This document shows positions 48,318 to 61,100 of a DNA stretch of 64,000 bases, piece after piece. The stretch comes from Takakia lepidozioides (Eukaryota; Plantae; Bryophyta), in the NCBI GenBank assembly GCA_030704615.1, contig CM060734.1, positions 868,001-932,000 on the forward strand, read 5' to 3'. The notes beneath the pieces were generated by a model. It was not told the DNA's origin. It saw only the letters and a program-made list of their open reading frames with translations, and did no database searches. Within the stretch, counting starts at the first letter, position 1; each line of letters opens with the position of its first letter. Made by a program: the position numbers and the translations under genes.

Positions 48318-51300
48318 ATGCGTTACGTGACGTTGCGGCGTATGACAGAAGCCGTGACCATAATGGCAGCGACGGAGGCGGGCCCGGAAGTGGTAGCAGA
48401 GGCAAAGAAACAATCTTGGGCATCCCTGTGGCAAACCCTGCGGTGGAGCCCAACGTCCAGACAAGATATCATTGCCTCGGAACAACGTCTCCTTACTCTT
48501 GTAAAGTAGGTTTTTCCAATCTTCACTGAATCGTTTACTATGCACGGAACCAATTCAATGACATTCTCCATCTGAACGTTGGGAGATTGCTAATCCTACG
48601 TTATTTCCTGCTCCTAATCATCCCGCGGAAATGATTTGGTGGTCAAAATCATATTTGGCAGCGACTCAAATTCTGGTTTGAAGCAAGTGCTGGTTTACCT
48701 CCTTCCGGTGGTCTTGGAATCCCTGCATCCTCACATTTCAAATGTGAAAGATATTTGGTACATTTTTCATGCACAGCATCTCTTTCTCCCTCCGGTGTGG
48801 AAGGCGCTAACCTAAATTTATCTTGGCAGGACCCCATACGTGCAGGAGCAAGTTAACATTGGATCTGGACCTCCTGGGTCAAGGGTGCGTTGGTTCCGAT
48901 CAACCAGCAACGAGCCTCGCTTCATCAACACTGTCACATTTGAGAACCCTACTGCACCCACTCTGGTAATGGTGCATGGCTATGGAGCCTCCCAAGGCTT
49001 CTTCTTCCGCAATTTTGATGCGCTCGCCACACATTTTCGTATACTTGCAATAGATCAGCTGGGGTGAGTTTTCATTGTCTATCTATTTGAGATGCCTGTT
49101 TAACTAACGAGTCAGGTCTACAAGAATTATGCGCATCCCTTTAGTATGGCATGCCCTTGAGAGTTCTGAGTTGCAAATTTGGTACACAAATTTGGTAAAT
49201 ACAGGACAGTTTATGTGGTAACGTTGCAGTTAGTCATGACAGTCTGAACGGTTGGGTGACTGGTGATCTCCTCTTCTGACAGAAAGCTAGGATCATCCTC
49301 CCCAGATTAGTCTGCACAACCAGGAGTTGTAGCAAGACTGGTCTGGGTATATTCATTAAGTGTTGAACAAGCTGGCACCTCTGTTGCCTTTGGAGTCGCT
49401 TCTTCTTTCTAAAGTTTTAGAGTTTCTAGAAATTGCAAAGAAAAGTATTATGTTGTCATGATGCTTGCATCTGCACTATGCCAACTCCTGCTGAAGGTTA
49501 TGTTAGATGGAGTTCCTAACATAAATGAGTTTGTCCTGCCAGATGGGGGGCATCAAGTCGGCCAGATTTTACCTGCAAAAGTACTGAAGGTATGTCTTCC
49601 ATTTATTTTCTTATTTGATGCAACAAGAAAGTGCTGAGATTATTATTGGGTACAGGCAGATGCAATCCAGCTATATGTTCATGGCATATTTATGGAAGGG
49701 TACAAAGGTTAGAATGCTGGCTAGCTTCTGCCTGCTAAAATCTTATCACAAACTTTGGGATGTTCTTTGTCTATATAACAGAGACAGAGTCATGGTTTGT
49801 GGATTCTCTTGAAGAATGGCGGAAGGCGAAAAAGCTACAGAGCTTCATTTTGCTTGGCCACTCGCTTGGAGGCTATGTGGCAGCTCGATATGCCCTCAAG
49901 GTGTGCTTTTAACTACTAAGCCCTTCTCTTTCATCACATGAATTGTGGGTTGATTGCATATTAGGGGACTAGATTTTGGAAATTGCTAGGCCATGGTCAC
50001 TTGATTTGGTATTGTTGCAAGAATGAGAAAAATAGATGCAGGGATAGTAACCATTCAAAATCCGATCCACTTGTGCTTGTGCTAAAATAGCATCTCATTC
50101 TTGCAAGAGGACAGGGTTACTCTTTCTTGTCCCTGCCCTGAATCCTGCTGCTGCTTGAAAATGGTGGACTTGTTATTTGAGGGGTCGCAGTCAGTGTGTG
50201 AGTGTGTATGTGTGTGTGTGGTGCATAATTGTGTCTCACTCCGACATTCTCTGTCGTTCTACCTTTCTGCAATGCTTAGACTAGACATGTTAGCAAGCAA
50301 GATTTAATGCGAGTCCCCTTTCTTTCTTTCTGTGTGCATACAGCATCCGGAGCATGTGCAGCATCTTGTATTGGTGGGTTCAGCAGGTTTCTCTCCTGAG
50401 TCAGATCGTTTCATGCAATTCAGGTCAACTTGGCGTGGTGCTCTTGCCAATTTTATTTGGGAGTCCAACCTCACCCCACAATCAATCATAAGGTATATGT
50501 TTGTGTTGACTTATACTATCTCAGTGGTTTGCTATGTATTCTAGGTTGTTGCTGCTGGTTGTAGGTTGTGAATGGACTGTTGTGCCATGAGAGTCTGTGC
50601 ATCAACTTTTCTCAATGAGGTTGTATATTGGCTGTTTGACTGAGAAGCCTGTGCAGTCTATGTTGATTTAGTTTCCCATGTTGTGCAGGAGTTTAGGGCC
50701 TTGGGGTCCAAATTTGGTCCGCAAATATGCAGCAGCAAGGTTTGGGACATATGCCTCAGGCAACACATTGAATGAAAAGGAGACCAAATTGTTGTCTGGT
50801 GGGTTATTTTCTGTCCACTGTCAGTAAATCTATTCCAGATGTACTCACCAATGTTATTGAATCCTAGTGTGTAGTTTTGAAAACCAGTAATTCTGGTAGT
50901 GTGTTATAAGAGTGCTCTCATCATTACAGAAGAGATGACTCATTAGACTTTTGCTTGTGGCTATAGACCCTGGTTTTGGTGAAGGAGAAGGAGGGAAAGA
51001 CGGGTATTGGGAGACTAGAGCAGAATGGGGACCCCTGTTGTAGAAGGCTTGTTCTAGAAGTGGGTGATTCATTGAGTATATAAAAGTTGGTTCTCCCCTT
51101 CAGTTGCCCTAGGTAGCTCTTACTTTGATCCAATAGGATTACAATCGGCTCTGAATAGTTGAAGTGGACAAGTATGGTTGAAGGTGGCATTCCTGTTGTA
51201 GATTACATGTACCATACATTGGCAGCAAGAGCTAGTGGGGAGTTGTGCCTCAAGTACATCTTTTCTTTAGGAGCTTTTGCACGGTCACCACTTATCACCA

Positions 51301-52386
51301 GGTATGTAGTCCTAATTAGACACCCTTTGTATGGGTATATCCTCATTTGTAATTGCAAAGTTCGCACAAGAATGGAGACATAGGAGAAACATGGCCAGGG
51401 TGCAATTAGGCTTGCCTGTTTTGTAGTGGGCTTGGTGGGCATAGTTTGAATCCCTTTCTAAATCAGTTGAAGGTAGTTAGTTGGGTTCCAATTCTAATCT
51501 ACAGTGTGTGACCATTGAAGTTTCCAAAGACAGTCATAGCTTATTATTTGATTTTGGGGCTGAAAGATTTGGGGCAAGGACCCCATCCAAAAAACGCTCA
51601 AAGTTCTAAGTTCTGCAACTGGATATGTGGCATGAATGCTTGTTGAGTTTTTTAATATGTTTCAGGGTTTATGAAGTAGGGAAGCAGTGATTTCACTGGT
51701 AGTCAGGAACACATTGTTATGGTTCATGCAGTGCATCGGACTGGAAGGTGCCAACATCCTTCATTTATGGGGTGGAAGATTGGATGGATTACCGCGGTGC
51801 CCAGGAGGCTCGCAAGCACATGAATGTGCCGACTGAGCTATTTCGTGTTCCTCAGGTATTGAGAAAATTGGCGTGCTCTTTCACTCGTTGAAAGATGACA
51901 GACATGTTCATATGTAAGTTGTAATTTTGTGAGACAAGGACCTTCTAAAAGTCGGGTAGTGAATTGTCCCAAATCTTTCACAGCCAACAATGTTCCATTG
52001 GGAAGACCAGTGGTGAAACCATATTTGGAAAAAAATGGCATGGCATTACATATTACTACCTAATCACTATGATGGAGCTACTTTTGGGTTAGGGTATGCT
52101 GAAATAATAGTGTTGATGCACTGCGAACATAGTGTTAATTTAAGGGGTAGCATATAATTCTAAGTGGCAGTAGGAATTCAGCAATATCATGCTTTTTGGG
52201 CTTTCTTTGCTGTTATTTGACCATGAAGGGAAACTTGTGCTGCAGAGTGGACACTTTGTGTTTTTGGACAATGCATCAGACTTCCATTCAACTGTGCTGT
52301 ACGCATGCAGACAGTACCTCCCTGGCCGAGCTATGCAAGAGTTACCAGAGGAACTTATCGAAGTCTCTCATCCAAACAATATCTAA
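48318..52386 (+). CDS. CGI-58/ABHD5-like alpha/beta hydrolase (1-acylglycerol-3-phosphate O-acyltransferase), 9 coding exons
   Basis: [35 protein letters not shown] (GxSxG), FIYG.EDWMD, HFVFLD (HxxxxD). The start may instead be at 48342. Confidence 0.93.
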
Positions 52387-52943
52387 CAGCATTTATGTTA
52401 CATGAAACTGGAGGTTAGGCAACTCAACAGGTGATGTTGACAGCACTACCAGGCAACCTAAGGTGACAGGTTCCTCTGTACTGAAGAGAGTTTGGTGTTG
52501 CCAAGCAGTTTCTTTTGTATATTTGTTTATATTTTTTGCACACCAAATAGGTTGTGCAGTCGATTTTTTCATCCTGAGTATTGCCAATATAGTATCACTG
52601 TTACTACTTCCAATCGACAACTCCGCAGTTGAGTTGGACCTAGCTGAGCTGAACTAGCATAATTCCTGTTAGTCATCACACCTCTGTTATGCAGGTGCCC
52701 TAGCTGTTCCTTGCAGACTTTGGAGTCATATTTCAGGGGCTTCTATTTCTCCAACCTCCTGAAATGATTCAGGCTCTTACGGGGGAGTTACTGGCAGTTG
52801 GAGTTTCATTGTTCCAAGCCAGTTCAGGGTGTTATCAGATGTAGTGGAATTCGTATGTCTTCTTCTTCGAACCTGCTTTCCTTGTCAGTACTCTTTTTGT
52901 CACAATCTCCACTAGTGGAGACCACACACTTTATATCTGTAAC

Positions 52944-55900
52944 TAAGCTGGACTGTGCTAAGTTCCTCGCTAAGGGTCAGGTGGTTTTATTGGGTGACTT
53001 CAATGCCCGGGTGGGCAAAGGTCTTCATCAGGATGATACCATTGGGCGTTTTGGTGAGGACGAGCTGAATTCTAATGGTAGACGGTTAATAAACTGTCTG
53101 GAAGAACTTCAGCTTTTGACCTTGAATAATAGGTTAAAAGGAGACCAAGTGCAGTGGACTCGTGAGAAAGCCCAAACTGGGGAACATTCCATTGTGGATT
53201 ATATCATAATGGACAAAAATTTGTTTCCCCAGAGTGCCAATGTGTTGATCAACAGAACTGATATTGGTACCTCTGACCACTTCCTGGTTTGGACTGAGAT
53301 CAAAAGGTGTTTTCCCAACACCAAGAGATCTGTGAAACGTTCGATTCGGAAGTGGCGCATAGAAATGAAGAGGTCAAGGCTGAGTATGTCCAGGCCTTGC
53401 AAGAGGCTCTCCCTCATTTTGTCCACTTGCTCCAAGACCTTCAGCCTTGCCCTGGCAAGGCAAGAAATGATGTCGAAAAGCAGTGGATTCCTGGGAGAGT
53501 TTCGTCTCCTCTGTGGCATCATTTGGAGGAAACTAATTGTCTACGGTAAAGCTGTTACTTGGTGGACCAATGAGATTAAACTAAAGATAGCTGAGAGACA
53601 AGTCCTCTATAAAGAGTGCTGCAATTTGAATACCAACTTGTGGGCTAGGTACTACCAGATCCGCAAAGATATTAATCAGCTTGTAAGGTCTCAGAAGAAA
53701 TTATACTGGGACAAGCTATACAGTGAAATAAACCGGTGGAGGTAATGACGAGATTCTGGTTGGCCCTTCAACGTTTGTACAAGCCGAAAAACTGTCAGCA
53801 AGTACAAGCACTGAGGACTACTAAGGGTGGTTGACATTGTCAAAACCTTTGAAACCCACTACAGTATCCTTGGCAGAATTTCTTGGTCTAACAGTGAGGT
53901 GTCCTCTGAAAATGGAAGGACACAGTTGGAAACACTGTTCCTATGATTCAAGACAGCCCTGATGAATTGGAGTATATTTCAAAGGCTTACAACGCTCCCA
54001 TTGTGGAAGTAATTGAGCATTTACACGGACATAAAGCTGGTGGACCTGATGGCATAGTTAACGAGCTTATCAAGCATGGTGGCGATCCCATTATAGAGGC
54101 CCTTGTACTTCGCGACAGGGGGTCATTGTCAATCTATACAAGAAGGGTGACAGAGAAGAACAGGGGAACTACCGAGGCATCACGCTCCTCAATGCAGTTG
54201 CCAAGATATTTTGCAGAGTTATAAGTACTCGTCTTGAGGTTGATCTGAAATGTAGAGGTTGTTTCCACGAAGGCCAAGCTGGCTTTTGGCGAAACAGGGG
54301 CTGTGTGGATCATATCTTCACTCTAAGCCAGATTATCCAGGGAAGGAAAAAAGAGGGAAACCTACTTTTGTATTTTTCTTGGATGTCAAAAAGGCTTATG
54401 ACACAGTGTGGAGAGACCGTCTATTCTGGTCATGTGGGATCAAAGGAAAGATGTGGAGAGTGGTCCATAACTTGTATGCTCACACCAAAAGTTTTGTAAC
54501 TGTTAATGGACAGAAGTCTAACTTCTTTGACATAGACCAAGGTGTAGCTCAAGGATGTACCTCTCCCCTCTGCTCTTCAATGTTTTCATCAATCAACTCC
54601 TCGATGATGTGGAAAGTGAGGGATTTGGGTTAAGGGTGGGTGATGCCACAATACCAGCCCTTATGTTTGCTGATGACTTCGCAGGCATAGGGGAGAATCC
54701 TTCCAATCTCCAGGAGTTGATTGATTGCGCGAAGAGATACTTTGACCTTCGGGGGCTATAGGTTAACATCAGTAAATGTGCAGTGGTGGGGTTCAACGAC
54801 CAAGGGGAGGGAGGAGGTGATCTCAAGTCGCAGTGGGGAAGCCAAGAGATTCCAGTCCTCCCTTCCTACACATACCTCGGCGTTCAGTCTTCCTCCAATT
54901 GTAATTGGGTTGCACATATTCAGAAAGTTGCTCAAACTGGCAAGCGCAAAGCGCTGGGTCTCACTAATTTTTTCCACTGCAGAGGGATCAACTCTGAGCT
55001 AAAAAAAACCATGCTTTGTCGCGTTATTAACCTGCCTTGGAGTACATATCTGCAATATCGGTTGATAACTCCAACCAGGCTAAGTCTCTAGAATCCATTC
55101 AAGTGGGGGTGCTTAAGGAGTGCATTTCAGCATGCTCAAAACGCCGATGTGGCTGTTCGGGGTGAGTTCGGCATCCCTTCCTTAAGCTCCCGACGAGATG
55201 AATTCAAGGTCAGATGGTGGGGTCAGCTGCAACATATGTCCAACATCAGATATCCTAAGTTAATCGACTCTATATCTTGGAAGCAGGATTGCCCTGTCAA
55301 ACAGGCTAAGTCCGGGCGGAAGAGAGTGGAAGAGATTCTCAAGGATCTGAATCTTAGCTTGCAAATCTTGACCCTCCTGGAGTAATCTGGCTGTAATCTC
55401 CAAAGCCATGTCTATTACCAGGAAATTTGTCTGATGAAAATGAAGTTAGGTAGAAAACTTCCCTGAACTTGTTTCCAGTATGTGACATGGGGGAGGACAT
55501 CATGGATGACCTCAAGGGTCTACCCACTCTTGGCACTAGACTGACATTTAAACTCAGGGCGGGAAGCCTACCTTTGAACAGCAAACAGAAGCAGAGAGGA
55601 AAGGGAGATGCAATTGCCCGTTGTGTCGACAACCTGAAGACAATATTCATTTCCCGATTCATTGTCCGTGGAGACGCTCTCTTCAAATCTATCAAGGAAA
55701 TTGTGCCTGCACCTCTGTTTACCAACTTTGAAAGTCTCAAGGCTGAGCCAAAAGCCCAGGCCCCTTTGGGGACTAGTTATTGGGCAAACCACACACAGCG
55801 GGTTGATGCTTGTGTAAAGGGATTTCTAGAGGATACCTGGAAAACCTGGATCAATTGTTTATTCCAAGGCAAGTCTTACTACCGGTGTCAGCCCCCGACA

Positions 55901-55995
55901 AAGGTATCTTCTGTTTCCGTCCCTTTGTGTTCCGCTCAAACTGGGCGCGGGATCAATAGCCACAAGGCTACGGCAAACACCGTGTTATGAATACA
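52944..55995 (+). mobile_element. 5'-truncated, degenerate copy of the RTE/RTEX-like LINE
   Basis: Collinear with 41269-44475; ends in gaatacattctctccc. Confidence 0.92.
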
Positions 55996-57189
55996 TTCTC
56001 TCCCTCCACTAGAACTTGGTGGGCTATAATCCCACAACCAGTTCTGAGGTGTTCACTCTACCAAACCCCAAGTTTATAAGAAACAATATGTGTATCTCTT
56101 CCTCCACTAAGGGGGTCTCAGGTCCCAAGGCTCTTGCAGGGCATGCAGAGGTACATCTTTTTCAAGTAAGCTTTTGGTGCCTTTGTAGGTGTGCTTTGTA
56201 GAATTATAAGTCTGGCTCCCTGTTTTGTCTCAAGGGCCTTGTAGCCTGAGTCTGTGTCGACCAGCCCATATTTTTTAGGCGAAATAAAGCTAGAAAGCAC
56301 TCGAACTTTGTGGGTGGCGACACGCCCTTGTAAAAAAACAGGAAAAAAACGGAAAAAAAAAGCCAGAAAACGCCCGTTCCTTGGCGGAGTGTCACCATAA
56401 AGCACCAAGGGAACCACCCCTTGGCGCCTGGGAACCGGATCCCGTGGCACCCGCCATCCAATGGCCGACGCCTGTCGGCTTGGTAGCTGTGGGGGATCTC
56501 GCCACGTGAACTGCCCTGGGCCGTCCGTTCGCCAAGCGTTTTAGGGCTGGAGGGGGTGGCTGTCGCCACTGCGCAGCCGCGGCAGCTGTCACTCTGAGTT
56601 CATCGCCTACTATGTTGTGCCTTGAGTTCATGTGCGTCGCCAGGTTCGTTTAGTGTGCGCTTGTTTATTGGGAGGGACTTCAAGGATGCGGGGTAGCTTC
56701 AATGTCTTTGCTTAGATTTACAGAGTTTGTTTTGTGTTGGAGGGCAGATTCAATAGCCCCTTTGTCTCCATCATCTCCGCGAGTGTAATGAAATATCGAC
56801 GTTGACATTTGGTATTTGGTCAATTTTCATTGGGGCATGCTACCTAGACAGTCTATTTTGGACTTGGTAGCTTAGTATTAGTTCCCCCTTGCATGTTCAG
56901 ATTGCAAGAGGCATCACTGTTCTCTCTGCAGGTTCAAATTGAGTTTTTCGCATGTGCAACTTAGTGCCTTTTGGGCCCAAGATGTAATATATTTATTTAA
57001 TTTGAGTACAAGGGCCTCCGACCTTTTTTTTAATTAAAAAAACATTAAAAAATCTGTTATTGCCATGTGTCCCATCCAAAGTGGGCTACAGTTGACCTTG
57101 GATAAATGTTAAATGTTTTTTTGTTATGTTACCCTTAATGTTATGAAATCTTGGCTCTGTCAAAATTTACACTTGAAAACGACAACAGA

Positions 57190-58150
57190 ACATGAACATA
57201 ATGGTTTTGAAAATAGATATTACCTCAACAATTGTTTTTAACCTCCCTCAAAAATTATTGTTGAGGTTATTTTGTTTAATTTTTAAACATAATGGTTTTG
57301 AAACCTCAACAATTACTCCCTCAAAAACTATTGTTGAGGTAATTGTTTTTAAAAAAAACATAATGGTTGATATGTGATAAATTATAAAAGACATGTTATA
57401 GTTATTCTGCTCTATAGGAATAACAATTATCTAGGGTCAACTCTATGGAGCCACATCAATGACATAGGCCTTTTTATGGTAGCCACTTCAAGCTGGATTT
57501 GGCCCATGCCAAGCGTTTCTTCATGGAAAGTGAGGGGCAGCCCAAAACATTGCAGGCATTGACCGACCACTTAAAGGAAGTCGGGGTGAAGTCCAGAATC
57601 AAATACAAGTCAAAGCTTGTGAAGTTGGTGGCCATTGCAGATCCGGCTCTTGGGCCCGGTTATCACCGTCACGTCAGTCAGTCAGCGTCGGGTCACGTCA
57701 GACCTGACGCTGTGACCTGACGCTGACGAGACCTCCGTCGCGTCAGGTTCCGAGAATATTCTGGTAAAAATAATACTAGGTAAAATACTGCCACTTAAGC
57801 AGCCACGTCGCCGACATGGTGGCGGTGGCAAATACATTTTGAAAATTAACAAAATAAAAGCGACCGTCAATTCTGGCGGTCGCTTTAATTTTTTTTCAAG
57901 AAAAAACCGGATTGGCGGTCGCATTGGCGGTCGTCTAATTTAAAAAAGAAAACAAACGACCGCCGTATTGGCAGTCGCACAATTTTGCAGATATATACAA
58001 AACAAGCGACCGCCATATGATGGTCAGTTAATTTTAAAAAGATATAAAAAACAAGCGACCGCCATATGGCGGTCGGTTAATTTCAAAAATATATTAAAAA
58101 AACAAGCGACATATGAAAATAAAAGCGACTGCCACACCGGTGGTCACTTT
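57190..58150. repeat. Hairpin/palindrome clusters, probably the subterminal region of a non-autonomous DNA element
   Basis: CCTCAACAAT...ATTGTTGAGG twice (57190-57375) and repeated GCGACCGCC/GGCGGTCGC half-sites (57858-58147). Confidence 0.6.
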
Positions 58151-58169
58151 TTTTTTTTTTTTTTAAATA

Positions 58170-61100
58170 TTTGTGAACGGTGTGGCTTAGAGACGCTGAA
58201 GCTTGTTTGGTGGCTTCTTTAGTAAGGGTGCGGAGAAGATTACGGATGGGCCGAGGTTCGGGAAGATCAGGTACGGGGTGTATCATCGAGAAAGGGTATG
58301 TGTGAGCTATGTGGATGGGGTCGTCCGATGGCTCTACTTGGGGTTTAGAGGCCCCAGCCTAGGCAAGGAGGTCTGTCTCTTCGTTGCCAATAATACCAGT
58401 GTGTGAACGGACTTTGAGGAAGTGTATGGGTTTATCAATGGTGATAGCAAGGTTGATAATAGCGGATATAAGGTTTCGGTCGGGGTGATGGTGGTGTGAG
58501 GAAGGGCAAGCTAGATGGTTGCGGAGTATAAAGAGTGAGTTGAGACTGTCAGTGAAAATGTAGTATGGCGGTGGGAATGAGACTAATTGTGTCAGGGCTT
58601 CGAAAATAGCCATGAGTTCGGCTCGGTGTATGGTTGCAAGGCCTGGGAGGCGGTGGGCCGTCCCGGTGCTGGTGGCGGCATAGTACACGCCATATTCGGC
58701 AAGGGAGCCAGATTGGGAGCCATCTGTGTAATGTGAGTGGAGTGGGGGGTATATGGGGGCGGTGGCCCTAGGTGAACAAGGGGGGCGTCGTGAGAGGTTC
58801 TAACACAGGTAGTGGGAGGGCGGGGTAGTGACTTGTCCCATACTTTATTGGTTTTTGGCCTGGGGGGTGGCCTGTTGGTGGGAGCGTATATCGGCAGGAG
58901 TGGGTAAGTGGTGAGTATTATGTTATGGGTGTCGAATAAGAGAAGTTTAAGACGAGAGGGGAAGTCTGGGGGTATGATGAGATGTGGTTATTATGAACTA
59001 GCAGAAGAAGGGTTAGGGTGGGTTCCTTGTGACGTAGGTATTTAGGGAAAGGTAGATTGCGCGTGTATCGGAGTTGGTTGGGTTCAATGGCGGCTAGTGG
59101 TATTACCCCCGAGGGGAGGTGTAGCCAAGGGTGTTGTTGTTCAGGTGACTTTTGCTAAGTAAGAATGAGAATGGTGGTGGAGGGGGTGGCGGCACGGGCG
59201 GCAAACCGTGCCCAATGAATGGCTTCATGTGTGAGGGGTCTAGGTGGCGGGTGGGCTAGGCCCCTACCTGACCAGGTGTGTTGCATAGCAGTGCCATGGG
59301 CTCCGAATACACAGTCTCTGGGGTGTGGGCTGTCATAGGAAGAGAGTTCAAGGGGACATGTGAGAGGGCTTGAGTAGTATGAGTGGATAAGCTGAAAGGA
59401 GGTGATGAGAAACTTGAGGATGTCGGGGGGGATGGTGCTATGGCAATATGCTTGAGCAAGTTTGTGTGTGTGGGGGGGTGGGGGGGTTTTGGGGGGTGTC
59501 ACATATGTATCTTTCTACCAGCCAGCCGACTTCGGTGGCAAAGTCTTGCCTTGGGGGTTGGAGGTGACTGTTGAGGGTGGCGGAGGTGGTATAGGCTATC
59601 CTGACATGAGGGATAGACCCGGCAAAGTGACCATTATGCGTATAGATATTGGATATGGTGCGACTTGGGCATATGGTATGAGAGATTTGGCTGATATCTT
59701 TGTCGAGGTTGCATTCGAAGGTTGTAATAAGAATTTTGGGGGCGTCTAGTTGGGTGCGAATGTTTCGGGTGTCGATCGATTGAGGTTGAGAGACATGTTG
59801 TTTGTGGGTGGGTGCGAGGTATTTGGTGTTGGTTGATTTATGGAATGTGGTGAGAAGCATGTGATTGTGGGTAGGGTCACAGTCTTCATGGGTTCCAAAA
59901 AGGTCGTCTTCTATTTGCCAAGTGTTGTCTTCAATGGGGTAGTCAGCCCATTTACATAGATAGTATGTATCGACACATGTAGCACCAAAAGCGTCTAGAG
60001 AGGTCTGGGTTTTGATACCTTGGATGGCCTCAATAATGAATGCCTCGGGATGGTCAGGGTTTGTGGGTTTAGGGTTGGGCGGGGTAGCGGTAGGGATCGG
60101 AGAGCAGGGGGGGTTAGGTGGAGTAGTGAGGGGGGGACGAGGGGAGATATTTGGAGTAGGAAGATCATGGGAGGTGCGGGAGGTTCTACTTCTGGAGTAT
60201 AGAAGTAGTTGGGGTTGTTCTAAATTCTGGGAGGAGGTCTTGCCGGTTGTGGGGAAAGAGTGGGCACGGGAGATCACATTCGAGGGTACAAAAGGTCGAC
60301 GGGTGACAGAATAGGGAGCGGAGGTGTATCCAATATCTTTGTGTTTTAATGGTGGCCCGAATGAGTTTCTTTTGACAGGGGTGTGAAGTCTCAAATTGTG
60401 AGAAGAATGGGCTTTGGAGACATGCCCGTTCTAGCGGTGATATAGTGTTGGGGAACCTTGGTAAATTAGTTTGTATGCTGATCTTCAATTGGCGCAGAAT
60501 GAGCAGTGTGCGAGCGGTTGAGGAGTAGAGGCATGACTGAGGGTGGAGGGTAGGAAGGGAGTGTAGTCCATTGTATTTAATGGCCATATGTTGAAGAAGC
60601 CCTTGGAATATGCATCATAGGCGACCAGGGTCGTTTAGGGCTTCTTGAATTTGTGAACCTAGGGTACGTGCGTAGGAGGTAATTAGTGGGCTGGATCCTA
60701 AGCCATAACTCTCTTGTGGGAGCTGGGTGAGTGCGTTCGGAGTACTAGTGGGTAGGCCGCAGATACGTTTAGTGAGTTGGATGATATTTTTGTCAAGTAG
60801 TCTAATATTAGGCAAGGAGAAGGGAGCCGCATGGAAAGCATATTGGACTTGAGGTTTGAGGACTTTTTGGATGATGGCTAGTTTAGGGCGGATGGAGATG
60901 GGAGATTTAAGAAGGGCTAGGCTTTTGTTGGTAAGTTTAGCGAGTGTGGAGGCTTTCTGTATGTGCCATATGAGGGACGGAACTAGCTGGATCCCCAGAT
61001 AGGTGTACGGTTCATCTGGGCCCAGAAATGGGAAGGGTTTTTGTTCGTGGTGTATGTGAAGTTTGCAGTGGGAGGCTATCGTGGATTTCGTAAATTTGCT

